A stretch of 63,778 nucleotides of DNA, filler included, from Octopus bimaculoides (lineage: Eukaryota): the NCBI RefSeq assembly GCF_001194135.2. It is 8 parts of 8 records of this genome, joined end to end, with 100 filler letters (N's around TTAATTAATTAA, not from the genome) between each part and the next. Parts side by side here need not be neighbours in the genome. Positions count along the whole stretch, not along the records: positions 1 to 27,846 come from NC_068991.1; 7 more parts are not named here. One strand, given 5' to 3'. Position numbers and translations under genes: made by a program. The stretch's first letter is position 1, and every line of letters begins with the position of its first letter. The notes under the pieces were generated by a model. It worked only from the letters and a program-made list of their open reading frames with translations, had not been told where the DNA came from and did not search any database. Positions 14,466 through 27,536 of this stretch are shown here, piece after piece.

Positions 14466-15303
14466 ACATACATGCTTACATATATACATAAATACTCACA
14501 CACATGTATGTGTGTATATATAGATATATGTGTGTGTGTGTATGTATATGTATTTATATATATAAATGTATATATGTATGCATACACAGACAGAAGCACA
14601 CACATGCACATATATATATATATATATATATGTATATNNNNNNNNNNNNNNNNNNNNNNNNNNNNNNNNNNNNNNNNNNNNNNNNNNNNNNNNNNNNNNN
14701 NNNNNNNNNNNNNNNNNNNNNNNNNNNNNNNNNNNNNNNNNNNNNNNNNNNNNNNNNNNNNNNNNNNNNNNNNNNNNNNNNNNNNNNNNNNNNNNNNNNN
14801 NNNNNNNNNNNNNNNNNNNNNNNNNNNNNNNNNNNNNNNNNNNNNNNNNNNNNNNNNNNNNNNNNNNNNNNNNNNNNNNNNNNNNNNNNNNNNNNNNNNN
14901 NNNNNNNNNNNNNNNNNNNNNNNNNNNNNNNNNNNNNNNNNNNNNNNNNNNNNNNNNNNNNNNNNNNNNNNNNNNNNNNNNNNNNNNNNNNNNNNNNNNN
15001 NNNNNNNNNNNNNNNNNNNNNNNNNNNNNNNNNNNNNNNNNNNNNNNNNNNNNNNNNNNNNNNNNNNNNNNNNNNNNNNNNNNNNNNNNNNNNNNNNNNN
15101 NNNNNNNNNNNNNNNNNNNNNNNNNNNNNNNNNNNNNNNNNNNNNNNNNNNNNNNNNNNNNNNNNNNNNNNNNNNNNNNNNNNNNNNNNNNNNNNNNNNN
15201 NNNNNNNNNNNNNNNNNNNNNNNNNNNNNNNNNNNNNNNNNNNNNNNNNNNNNNNNNNNNNNNNNNNNNNNNNNNNNNNNNNNNNNNNNNNNNNNNNNNN
15301 NNN

Positions 15304-15335
<32 letters not shown>

Positions 15336-15829
15336 TCATATGTACTGTGAATGTATTTCATCATTTTCAATTACATCATCACTTATCATTTACCGTTCAC
15401 ATTTCTGTGCCTGCATGAGTCAGACAGAATTTGTTGAAGCAGATTTTCTATGCCTGATTGCCCTTCTTGTCAACAACTTTCACCCACTTTCATGCAAATA
15501 ATATTTCCCATGGTTAGACATGTTCTCCATGGAAGAGCCCACAATGTTAGGAATGCGCAGCTGGAGACGGTGGTAGGGGAGAAGCCTGTAGGCAAAGGCA
15601 ACCACACTTTTACTTAGCTTGACATGTATTTTCAAGCACAGCAAACTGCCAGGAGCCCTGGTCCCCTCTCACTGCCCTCTGTGAGTGCTAACATCTGTAG
15701 ACCCTTTCTCACCACTCAGTCCCACGTCTTCCTGCGTCTACCCCTTCCCCATGTTCCTTCTACAGTTAGAGATCAGCAGCTCTTGATACAACTGTCCTCA
15801 CTCATATGCATTTCATGACCATACCATAG

Positions 15830-16232
15830 GTGCAGAAGTGGCCGTGTGGTAAGTAGCTTACTTACCAGCCACATGGTCTCAGGTTCAGTCCCACTGCGTG
15901 GCACCTTGGGCAAGTGTCTTCTACTATAGCCTCGGGCTGACCAAAGCCTTGTGAGTGGATTTGGTAGACGGAAACTGAAAGAAGCCCGTCATATATATGT
16001 ATATATATATGTGTATGTGTGTGTGTGTATATGTTTGTGTATCTGTGTTTGTCCCCCCAACATCGCTTGACAACCAATGCTGGTGTGTTTAGGTCCCCAT
16101 AATTTAGCGGTTCGGCAAAAGGGACCAATAGAATAAGTGCTAGGCTTACAAAGTACTAGGGGTTGATTTGATTCGACTAAAAGCGGTGCTCCAGCATGGC
16201 TGCAGTCAAATGACTGAAACAAGTGAAAGAGT
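15830..16232 (+). mobile_element. tRNA-derived SINE (family B) with internal (TG)n
   Basis: A-box-like gtggccgtgtggtaag, B-box-like ggttcagtccc, core ccttgggcaagtgtcttctac, tail ccagcatggctgcagtc..actgaaacaagt; inverse copy at 35114-35292. Confidence 0.8.
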
Positions 16233-18149
16233 ATACCAGCACAACCTTCTCTCTTGCACACTACATCTGATACTCTGTTGTATATGCCCACTGATATGCA
16301 TACACACACACACACACACACACATGCACACACATGCATACATTATATATATATGCACATTTGAATGCACATATGGTGCTAACTGAATGCTTATTTCTGC
16401 ATGTCTTGGGGTAAATCTTATTGGTGTCTCTTAAGATGATGACAACGAGGAGGAGGATGAGAGGAGGAGTATAACAATAATGATGATGATGATGATGACA
16501 ACGAGAAGGAAGAAGAGGCGGTGGAGGAGGAGGAGGTGAAGGAGGAGGATAACGATAATATTGATGATGATGACGAGGAAGAGGAGGAGGGGAGGAAGAA
16601 GAAGGGGGAGGAGGAGGAGGAGGAGGAGGAGGAGGATAACGATAATATTGATGATGATGACGAGGAGGAGGGGGGAAGNNNNNNNNNNNNNNNNNNNNNN
16701 NNNNNNNNNNNNNNNNNNNNNNNNNNNNNNNNNNNNNNNNNNNNNNNNNNNNNNNNNNNNNNNNNNNNNNNNNNNNNNNNNNNNNNNNNNNNNNNNNNNN
16801 NNNNNNNNNNNNNNNNNNNNNNNNNNNNNNNNNNNNNNNNNNNNNNNNNNNNNNNNNNNNNNNNNNNNNNNNNNNNNNNNNNNNNNNNNNNNNNNNNNNN
16901 NNNNNNNNNNNNNNNNNNNNNNNNNNNNNNNNNNNNNNNNNNNNNNNNNNNNNNNNNNNNNNNNNNNNNNNNNNNNNNNNNNNNNNNNNNNNNNNNNNNN
17001 NNNNNNNNNNNNNNNNNNNNNNNNNNNNNNNNNNNNNNNNNNNNNNNNNNNNNNNNNNNNNNNNNNNNNNNNNNNNNNNNNNNNNNNNNNNNNNNNNNNN
17101 NNNNNNNNNNNNNNNNNNNNNNNNNNNNNNNNNNNNNNNNNNNNNNNNNNNNNNNNNNNNNNNNNNNNNNNNNNNNNAAGACAGAAAGACAGAAAGACAG
17201 AAAGAAAGGAAAAAGTAGAGATGAAGAATAAGAAAAGAATCAGAAAAGGATTATTAAAGAAGAAGAAGAAGAAGAAGAAGAAGAAGAAGAAGAAGAAGAA
17301 GAAGAAGAAGAAGAAGAAGAAGAAGAAGAAGAAGAAAATATGATGGAGACAAAATAGAAAGGCGATCCACTTTGTAGAATAACATTTATTCCACCTTTGC
17401 AATTTTGGCTATTTCTGCCAAATACTTTGCCATAAACCTCAGCCTACTCTAAGAGCATCACACTCTTAAAATGCATTTAACATGCACTTGCAATATCTGC
17501 ATTTGCAACAACTGCATCTGCAAAATATCTTCAATTTTCTGTACAACTTGAAATGCTCTTAAAATTTATCAGCATAAAATTGCCTTAAATGCAAGTGAAC
17601 TTGTCATATTATTCTAGAGTGTACTGTTTGCTAACTTCATGTCCTCATTGTTCACCTCTTTTAAACTGTTTTAAACTGTTTAAAACCTGAAATACTTATT
17701 AGTCTTTCTTAAAAGGTGGGTGAAACCAGTTAATCTGCTTCAAGCAAAATACGTAACTGCTTTGCTGTGCAATTTGTTTGACTGATGAAAAATAAACAGG
17801 TTTTGCTCCCTATTTTGCAGTTAAGTGGTTATCACTAAGAAAGGCAACTTCTCCAGCTGCTATAAAGAAGAAGAAAAAAGAAAAGCTAATATGCTACTTG
17901 GACAAATGATGGTGTTTCTATGTGACTTAATACTGCTGGAAATAGCAGCTGAATTTTCGTTAAATCACACCCTTTTAGAAAGAGAAAAACACATTTGATA
18001 AGGTTTTCCTAGATACACAATGCTTTAAAAGGGAATGCGAATGAAAGAATGGTCAAAATAGGATTGCCTTTAATTGAAGGTCTGTGAGATCAAATACATG
18101 CATGTATGTATGTATGTATGTATGTATGTATGTTTGTATGTATGTATAT

Positions 18150-18300
18150 GCCTGTGTGTATGTATGTATGGTTCAAATTTACAGAAAACAAAAGACAAAG
18201 ACAGGTGAGGGAACAACAAGCGTGTTAGTTTGACACACGGGAAGAATGGAAAAGTCTTTTGATGTTTCGAGCCTATGCTCTTCGACAGAAAGGGTTTAGA
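18150..18300 (-). mobile_element. Penelope-like element terminal fragment with degenerate hammerhead-like motif
   Basis: Minus strand ccttt-ctgtcga-a-gagc-atag-gctc-gaaac-atc-aaaag; the downstream part resembles 48502-48580. Confidence 0.45.
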
Positions 18301-18801
18301 GGAAAAAAATGGAGAAAGAGAAAGAGAGAAACACAGAGAGAAAGATATATCTCCTTCCTTTTTGTTTTTATGGTTTGGTGATAAAGAAGGGGCAGTACCC
18401 ATGGCCTTTGCTGGCCAATGAAAAACGAAGCAGTGAGATTGACACAACATAATTTGAACAGTTGCAAGCTTATGGATATAAGAAAAACATGGGCAATGAA
18501 GTAATTAATTCAACCCCACAAGAATGGCAAGGATGGATCTCATGATCTTGTCGTATGGACACAGATTAGATCATATTTTTATATCGATATAGAAGACAAC
18601 TACAGCATAAGAGATGCACATCCAACGAATCTGTGATACATTTTACTGTTCTACATGAAGGCGTCTCAGCTGAATGTCAACAAGCAAATTCTTTAACTCA
18701 CAACATTCTGGTTATTTTAGTTAAAGAACAACATTTCATTAGTTACCTGCCATTGCTAAAACGATTTCATGTTGTTTTTTTTTTCTGTTTCCTTCTGTCA
18801 G

Positions 18802-18896
18802 GTAGCACTGGATCTGGACCTCTGTTTAGTGTCTTGAGGCAAGAGTCAATCCGAAAACTTCTTAAACAAGATGAAAATTTGTCAACTGAGCTAAAG
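18802..18896 (+). CDS. Internal exon of an unidentified gene ((G)STGSGPLFSVLRQESIRKLLKQDENLSTELK)
   Basis: Strong acceptor ttttttttctgtttccttctgtcag, donor AAG|GTTGGG. 95 nt with only one open frame, phase 1 to 0, joins exon 24353 in frame. Confidence 0.7.
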
Positions 18897-19100
18897 GTTG
18901 GGTCCTCCCCCTTTTATTTATCCTTTGTACCAGTCATTCTCTCCTTCTTTAATTGTCCCTTTCTTTCTCTTATTAGTTTGTTTGTAGTTCACTTGTGTAG
19001 CTTAACCTACCTTCACAGACGTATTTTCCTTGTATTTATCAACATATGCATAAATAAATATTGTAAGCAGGTGTGTTTATATACATATATATATTTACCT

Positions 19101-19140
<40 letters not shown>

Positions 19141-19339
19141 TAACGTTTTATTTTTGCTTCTGTAACATGGCTGTTCTGTAAAGAACTATGTTATTACATT
19201 CTAACCCCAGGAAAATGTCTTTTCCAACTAGTTAACAACACACAACCTGTGGCCTTTATAGAACACCCATGTTATAGTGGCATAAAACATTATATTGCTC
19301 ATTGCGTATATATACAAACATACACACACATTGGACTGG

Positions 19340-19508
19340 ACTGGACTGGACTGGCTTGTGCGGGTGGCACAAAAAAGACACCATTTCGAGCGTGGCCGTT
19401 TTCGTGCGGGTGACACGTAAAAGCACCCACTACACTCTCTGAGTGGTTGGCGTTAGGAAGGGCATCCAGCTGTAGAAACTCTGCCAAATTAGATTGGAGC
19501 CTGGTGTT
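19340..19508 (+). mobile_element. Young RTE-tail repeat copy (truncated by gap)
   Basis: Only 3 mismatches in about 170 bp against the reverse complement of 27624-27787; retains CpGs. Confidence 0.85.
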
Positions 19509-20379
19509 NNNNNNNNNNNNNNNNNNNTATATATATATATATATATATATTAAAAATGGGGAAGGCCAGTTTATGGGATTACCTTAGGTTTCCCATCCAT
19601 AAAGGGTTTAGCTTTATGGTGTGTCCTCAGTTCCCAAAACCTGTTGGCCCAAGACCTCTTAAAAATATGGAGGAGGAAATGCTGCCCTACTCAAAGGTAA
19701 CAATGGGGGTTATCTCCCTTGGCCATCGGCTATTGATTTCCAGCTGTACCACCCTCTTGTGGGCTCCAAAAGGCTAGCAGTAACATCCTGAAAATCTCAG
19801 TTCTGAAGTTAAAGATGTTCTTTGGTTCGAGGGAGTCCTTTAGGATTCTCGCCCATGGCTTAGTGGTTAGGGTATTTGGCTCACAACTGTTAGGTCATAA
19901 GTTCAATTCCCAGTGGTGTGTTTTGTCCTTGAGCAAGACACTTCATTTCACATTGCTCCAGTCCACTCAGCTGGCAAAAATGAGTCATACCTGTAATTCA
20001 AAGCACCAGCCTTGTTACACCCAGTGTATTATGCTGAATCTTCCTGAAAACTACATTTAGGGCACATTTGTTTGTGGAGCACTCAGCCACTTGCACATTA
20101 ATTTCATGAGTAGGCTGTTTTATTGATCAAATCAAATAGAACACTCACCACTATAACAAACAGAGCACCCTAAATATATAGATGTGAATACTGTGTTGTA
20201 CAGCCAGCTGGAGACAATGTCTCCTGGGGCTAAATTACAGCAACATTCATCCTAAACCAGGACTGCCATGTTGTGTTGGCAGACAATCTTTACTACAAAG
20301 TACTGTTGCTGAATATCTCTCGTTGTGAGATTTAAAAATAGTAATTTTCCAAGTGAATATTGTTGTATGAATTTGTGTA

Positions 20380-20845
20380 TGAATGAAGACAGTTGGATCA
20401 AGAAGTGCCGAGCCTTAATTGTAGAGGAAATGTGTGGAAGAGGTGGACCCAAGAAGATGTGGGATGTGGTAGTGAGAAAGAATCTTCAGATGTTGGGCTT
20501 CACAGAGAGAACAACAGGGGACGAAGACTTCTAGCAGTTTCTGTGCTTGAGAAGACCTGCCAAACTAAGTAAATATGTGGTTGTTCTTTCATACAAGTAT
20601 GTCCATTGGATCCCACTTCAGCTGAACATCCCCCATCTTGTGGACTCCTCAGTGCCAGTGCCACGTAAAAAGCACCCAGTGCCATTCTGTAAAGTGGTTG
20701 GCATTAGGAAGGGCATCCAGTTGTAGAAACCCTGCTAAAACAGACCTGGAGCCTGGGCAGCTCTCCAGCTGACTGACTCTTGTCAAAGAGTCCAACTCAT
20801 GCCAGCATGGAAAATATATGCTAAATGAGGATGATGCTGGATACA
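20380..20845 (+). mobile_element. RTE-clade LINE 3' end plus tail
   Basis: WIKKCRALIVEEMCGRGGPKKMWDVVVRKNLQMLG resembles the RTE C-terminal GRGRPRKTW..V..DL motif; ends ccaactcatgccagcatggaaa..gatgatg. Confidence 0.7.
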
Positions 20846-23800
20846 CATTTATACAAACATGCAAGCACACACACACATAAATATATTTTTCCATCCACAC
20901 ACATACATGTATACATATGTAACTGTGTGGATGCATGTGTGTGTAATTATAGTGGTTGGTGACTACCTGTTCACAAACATCATAAAAAGTATTCAATAGA
21001 AAACATGTTACATGTTTATTTATTACCATGTGCCAACATGTAGTAGCTACGTCTATTCATAACAATTTGAAAAATCTTGAGATGTTATTTCATTGATTCT
21101 GTGTGAAAAGGAACAGAAGCAACTGAAGCAGATCTTTATTACAATTGAAATGCATTTGAGGGTCATCAATTTATCAGATATAACTTTAGACTTTGCTATC
21201 CATAAATACTGCTCTTATTGCAAACTCAATGAGAAATTGTGGCACATTAATATTAAACATCTGCTGGCAATCCTTACAAATACTTATTAACAGCCATAGT
21301 CATATACTCAGCATATCTTTAGCCATGGAATCTTTTAATTACGTTGCTCGTTATTACAATGATATCTTGGGTGGTTGGCAGAATCATTTGAATGGACTTT
21401 GCAGTATTTAGTTGCATTTTTTTTTATGTTCTGAGTTCAAATTCCATCAAGATCACCTTTTCTTTATGTCCTCCAATGGTTGATAGAATAAAGCAACAAC
21501 CAAGCACTGATATTGATTTAAACAATAACTCCTGGCCTTGTATTCATAAATACAAAAATACGAAACTAAAAACTATATGGCACAATCCTCCCTATAGTTT
21601 AAATGTTTATGCTGAGGAATTTCAACTATGTTTCGTGGTCTGCTACCACAACAGCTCCTTTATAGGATCCAGTTAGCTGAAGACAAAATTTTATAAATAG
21701 GTATTTATAAATATGTATGTGTGTATACTAATCTTGTCATTGAGTCATTTAAAATATCATTTCTCAGTATTTTATGTGCTGATACATATATCTATTTATG
21801 TACTATGCACCTATATGAGAGGATCACTCAATGCTTATAACATAGCATTTGCCATTCTAACAAGACATCCATGTTAAGCTGGATATAAAGATTGCCTTTG
21901 ATACTAAAACTGCTTTTGTTACTACTAATTCATCTATATGTGCATGTATGTATGTGTGTGTGTATAGGTATGTATATATGTATAAATATATGTATATATA
22001 GTTATATATATNNNNNNNNNNNNNNNNNNNNNNNNNNNNNNNNNNNNNNNNNNNNNNNNNNNNNNNNNNNNNNNNNNNNNNNNNNNNNNNNNNNNNNNNN
22101 NNNNNNNNNNNNNNNNNNNNNNNNNNNNNNNNNNNNNNNNNNNNNNNNNNNNNNNNNNNNNNNNNNNNNNNNNNNNNNNNNNNNNNNNNNNNNNNNNNNN
22201 NNNNNNNNNNNNNNNNNNNNNNNNNNNNNNNNNNNNNNNNNNNNNNNNNNNNNNNNNNNNNNNNNNNNNNNNNNNNNNNNNNNNNNNNNNNNNNNNNNNN
22301 NNNNNNNNNNNNNNNNNNNNNNNNNNNNNNNNNNNNNNNNNNNNNNNNNNNNNNNNNNNNNNNNNNNNNNNNNNNNNNNNNNNNNNNNNNNNNNNNNNNN
22401 NNNNNNNNNNNNNNNNNNNNNNNNNNNNNNNNNNNNNNNNNNNNNNNNNNNNNNNNNNNNNNNNNNNNNTATATATATATATATATATCCATGCAGTCGA
22501 CAAATGGTGCAATATCCTCTTCTCACACTCATAGGCCAGCCTAATAGAGAATCGTCTTTTGATTACCTGAATAAACATCTGCATGTGAAATTCTGAGACA
22601 CAAACAATTTACTCTCTCCAAAGACCATTATACACTGTAATATGTATTCTTTTTTCTCTTTTCCATTCATATAATTTTTTTTTTACATTGAATATGCTAT
22701 TGTGACATAAATTCTGATTGACCAGACATTCTAGATACATCTTGGAGTACATTATACAATGCTGCTTTTTTTTTTCATGAGAGTAGAGTGTAATTGAAGA
22801 GAGATTCGACTGCTATTTTAATAGACTCATGACCAAACCAGGATTCCTTTCTTGGTTTATATTGGATGGTGTTTTAAAAAGTGTTGCACTCTACAATACA
22901 TCACACTGTTTACCTGCTGAGATTAATAATTACAGAGTTTAGGTTGTTGAAATACAAGCTTCCAATTAAAGAAATTTAATTAAGAGTTTAATCAAATTTT
23001 TAATGATCATCATATGCTGTTGTTGTTTAATTCCAAATCAGCTCTAGATGAGCAGACATGATTAAAGGCATTCCAGCTGTGACCACCTGGTTGATCTTTT
23101 TTTTCTTTTTTTTTGTATTATGATGTATTGAAGATACTGTATGAAACTTTTTCTGTCCTTTTTTGTTTTTTGATGACAGGGTTTGGTTTAGGGAGATTTA
23201 GCTGCTGTTTCTAAAACATGGAATGACTATATAGAAGCCCCCTTGTTGACCCCTTGTTTTGAAATTGCCTGCCCTATCTTAGGTGACAGGATGATGAACA
23301 GGAAACTCATCAACCAGCATCTCAAATGCATTGATGACCTTTTGTTATAGTTTTAGGCAGAGCACTTTATTCTGTATCCTCTTCATTGACTTATCTGTTC
23401 AGAATCTTCTGCTATGGAAATTCATCCAGGGAGGGTTTTGTCTCTCTTCAGTTTCACACAATTAAAACACTTTTTTTTTTTTTTAAGCATCCCTTAAGAC
23501 CTGGAAAATAAAACTGAACATTATGTTACATGTAACGCTCTTAAGGAATATTACTCAAAAGTATAACCCAAGGAAGTAGCTGGAATAGTAGTGCCATACC
23601 AACTGCCTATCAGTATTTTGTTTAGCCTCAATCTTCAGTTTCAAATCTCTCCAGACGATCAACTTAACCTTACCTTCCTTCAATGAAATAAATATCAGTG
23701 ATGTGTTTTATTCAGTCGACTAACTGCCTTCTCTATAAAAATGTTTAGCACTGAACCTCAGTAAGTCATCACTCTTAATCGGCAGAATCAGAAGAGTGGC

Positions 23801-24352
23801 AGACAAACTTGTGTACAGTAATGAGTTGTGTGCTTTCATGTTTTGAGTTCAAATCCCAACAAGGTCGATTTTGCCTTTCATCTTTCTGGAATGAATAAAG
23901 TAAATACCAGCTGAATACTGAGGTCGATGTATCTAATCAAATACATTCATCTCCAAATTCGAAGCCTTGTAGTAATGTAGAAATCAATATTTCTCAAAAG
24001 AAGATGTAACAGGTCTCCTCCCTTAATAAAGACCCCAAAAGGGCAGAGTCCCAGACTAAATGTCTTAAAGCATTCAACTGCAACCAACATGATCAACTTT
24101 CTTATACAATTGTGTTATGGTCAAGAGAATAAATAACTACAAATAGAATTGATTTCTTCATTAATATTTTCCCCTATGAAACATGTCCTTCAACCAAAGT
24201 AAGAAACCAGGCTATTCCAAAGAATTCCTCCATGTATTCAACTGCTCTGAGTAGCCATTCTTCTGATTTGCTACATCACATTTCAACTAATTATTATACT
24301 TTTGGTTAACAAAAGAACTTTGTTTGTCTTATTGATTTTGCTTTGTTTGCAG

Positions 24353-24430
24353 AATACGTATGATGCTTATGTGCACCAATGTAGCGCTCTAAACCGGAAA
24401 CCAGTTCAAAGAGTGTTCTGCGCCGAAGAT
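24353..24430 (+). CDS. Internal exon of the same unidentified gene (NTYDAYVHQCSALNRKPVQRVFCAED)
   Basis: Acceptor ttgattttgctttgtttgcag, canonical donor GAT|GTAAGT. 78 nt, phase 0-0, the other two frames have stops. Confidence 0.75.
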
Positions 24431-25418
24431 GTAAGTAGCCATTGTTCTGCAGTGATAGTTATTGTTACATATACACAAAGTCCTTTGACTTTATGGAAAT
24501 GGTACTTTTATTTACTCTACTTAGCCTCACCATTGCAACACTCATTACAAAGCTAAGTTTTCTTTGGATTAAACTTTGATTGTATTCAAATTTGAAATCA
24601 ATGCAAATATATTATTGTAATGGGCATAATTTTGCCAATATCAACATCATCTCCTTTGACCATGAACATTGTGTTACATTCAACTAATGGAATTGCAGTC
24701 TAAATTCCAATCAAAGATTATGACTAACAAAACAATTTTCTATTAGTAAACCAGCCAACATCTTAAACCATTTACTAGATCAGTATGCGTACCACTTCAG
24801 TTCTTGTTCTTATTATTGTTGCTCTTGTATTTGTTGTTATGACTATGAAAGTTTTTGTTGCTGTTGTTGTTGATGTTGTCTTTTTTTATAAACTAATGCT
24901 GGCTCAAACAAGCTCTAAAATGTCTATTGGTGATTGCTAACCTCTAGAGCAGAGACAGCTGATTCAGTTTCCCTTCATTCAGTATCAACTACCTTATTGA
25001 CAATTTATATGTGCAACATTCTCATTTCCTTTTGTGTTACCAACATAATTCTTTGCCTTTAATGAGCAAAAGAAGAACCAAATGATTTTACAATGCCATT
25101 TTCTTCTTTGGGGCTCTGGGTTAGGTATATAATTAATCTTCTCATGAAATACTTTCACCATGAGAACATTGTTGTATCAAGGGACCATTCTATAGAATCT
25201 ACTCAATTGAAAATAGGTTCACGATTATCCTATTGGCATTTATTACTGAGATGGGGCAGCAAGTCTTGTATTAAAGTGAGTTTTTAATTTGGATTTCTTA
25301 TAGAGAGCTTTATAGGATCTTTTAGAAGGGTCTACAGGATTTAGTGTGTAAATTTAGTTTACGTCAAAGAACTCGACTGATGTTAGTCTCTGTGAGTATT
25401 CTAAGTGTATATATGTAT

Positions 25419-25462
<44 letters not shown>

Positions 25463-25575
25463 CAGTTGATTAGGATCGCATCAATCATGATCATTAGTTT
25501 TGTAGCTTCCAGCATGTCACTGGCTAGTAGAATACTCTGCGGGAACATTAATAAATCAATTAGTTAATTAATCAA

Positions 25576-25650
25576 TTAATAATATCTCATTCTTCTGTTA
25601 CAAATTTGGAGCAATTTTGAAAAGATAGCAAGTACTTCATAATTCTGATT
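25576..25650 (-). CDS. Possible terminal exon of the minus-strand unknown gene (NQNYEVLAIFSKLLQICNRRMRYY*)
   Basis: First phase-0-compatible acceptor downstream of exon 25945-25850; weak pyrimidine tract. Confidence 0.25.
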   Translation of the reverse strand, partial: NQNYEVLAIFSKLLQICNRRMRYY

Positions 25651-25849
25651 CTAGTAACATATGTTACATACAGTATGCAGAAATATATGCAATAAAGAGA
25701 AAAGAATGGACGGTAGCCATAGAATCTATGATACATATATCTCGGTAGCAAGGCAGATTATTGATTATACATATATTACATCATACAAAAAGCTTGCCAT
25801 GTCTTCAGGTCACTGAACTACCTCAGTAGCAGAAATCGATTGTACTTAC

Positions 25850-25945
25850 ATTCAAGCCAGCAAAATCAGAGAAAGATATCTTAGTTTCAGAATCAGTAGG
25901 AGTGGTTAGATAAAGGTAAACAGCTGATCTTATGCCTTGGCTATA
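25850..25945 (-). CDS. Internal exon of an unidentified minus-strand gene (YSQGIRSAVYLYLTTPTDSETKISFSDFAGLN)
   Basis: Acceptor tttttcttgttttgtcaatgtcag, donor AAT|GTAAGT. 96 nt, open, phase 0-0, in frame with 26440-26336. Confidence 0.6.
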
Positions 25946-26335
25946 CTGACATTGACAAAACAAGAAAAATGGTATAATTATTAAAATCACTTTCAGCTTG
26001 GCAAAAATTTGGCACAAATTTGGCAAAAATTTATAGCTACATTAATGTTATCTGACCTGTCTCCAGCACAAGATAATCTATCTGGTGCCACACAAAGACC
26101 AAAGACCATAACAATAATAAGGTTTATACATTCTGAAAAATAAGATGAATAGAAATTCACAGATACATCAAGCAAAGTATAAGAGAAATATATAAAAAGA
26201 ATTTCTTTAAAAATCCCTGTAAAAGTGTATTTATTAGGTTTGATATTTGCTAGGAACTGAGCAACATGTGTCCTGACTGATGTTGTCACTGCATCTCTTG
26301 TGTATCTGAGCTATTTACTCATGTACATAGCTTAC

Positions 26336-26440
26336 CTTAGCCCTGATGGAGAAGGCTGACTTGTAATGGATGAAGAGGTCCCAGCAAGCTGATTTTTGGT
26401 AGAACACCATGTCAGTTTTTCCTTCGTCCATGGTGTTTAG
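26336..26440 (-). CDS. Exon of the unidentified minus-strand gene (LNTMDEGKTDMVFYQKSACWDLFIHYKSAFSIRAK)
   Basis: Acceptor catttcag, donor AAG|GTAAGC. 105 nt with only one open frame; contains accATGG in good Kozak context. Confidence 0.6.
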
Positions 26441-26773
26441 CTGAAATGTATGTCATTGCACTCGAAATATAAAGGTTTTTTTTTTTGTAAAACTTTCTAC
26501 ATTGCTAAAAGCTAAAGAAAACATAAATACTAATAGCGAAGCAGGCTCGGAAAGAACCAAACAATCAAGTGGGCTTAACTGAAGAGGCAATGGAAATTGC
26601 CAAAACTGATATCAGCATTTTTTGGATTAAGATCCCTGTTAGTGTATATATTTTTATTCATGTGCATTAACTACTGCATTAGAGTGCTTTAGCTCTTATT
26701 TTTAGCAATGTAGGTGTTTCCTTACACCCTAGTCACATTTAGTGACAATTGTATATGTATATATATATATACC

Positions 26774-26812
<39 letters not shown>

Positions 26813-27536
26813 CAGAGAGAGAAGAAAGCCAAAAGCACTTCTAATTTTTACCTTTCTTTTCTGCTTATAAAAATTCTTGACCACAGAAATTCCTTTTCAA
26901 AAATTGAATAAAGTTCAGAATACAAACTGTCCTTGTTTTTGTTGCATCCCAAAGACTAAAACAAACTTCAAAATCTCAATTCTAGTAGCAGCAGTTTGCC
27001 AAACTTTCCACCTGATAAATCAGCATTCTTCAACATTGTTGCCAACTGCCTGATAGTTAAGTAATTTCCATAGCTAAATCAAATGTTCCTATTGTTTTTT
27101 TCTCTTTTTGCATGAATATAAAAAAAAAAAATAGTTAAATAAAAGCAAATACATTATTTCAAATCAGCTGGCTTCGTGTAATACATATTTAAAATCTAAT
27201 ACACAGTATCTGGAAGCATTGTATTAATGAAAGATTAGCAGAGTAGACAAAAAAAATCAAAGACAATGTTTAGCAAAAGGTTTGAATGTTCAATGTTTCC
27301 AGTTGGCCTTCAGAGCTCGACAATGTCAAGGGTTAATTTTCTAAACATCATTCAATGCATGAAAAAAAGATATTTTGTGGTCAAAATTTAAAGAAATAAG
27401 AAAACAATATCAAACTTATGTTTTATGAATGCAATATTTCTTGTTACCTCATACAAAATTTTCAACGAGTTTATGCATGTATGTGTATATGTATATATGT
27501 GTGAGTGTGTGTGTGTGTGTATGTGTGTGTGTATAT

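Noticed and set aside
13836-17343. ORFs of 200-500 aa in the track
   Set aside because: They run through N gaps and (TA)n/(AAG)n repeats; the same applies at 21.8-22.6, 32.9-35.3, 47.6-48.4 and 57.6-58.3 kb.
21111-21290. Protein-looking ORF (EQKQLKQIFITIEMHLRV..)
   Set aside because: Ends in a stop with no credible donor, inside the intron between two phase-matched exons.
25125-25275. Open plus frame ending in a GTGAGT donor (YIINLLMKYF..SCIK)
   Set aside because: Starts in phase 2, incompatible with the phase-0 end of exon 24430, and no bridging exon was found.
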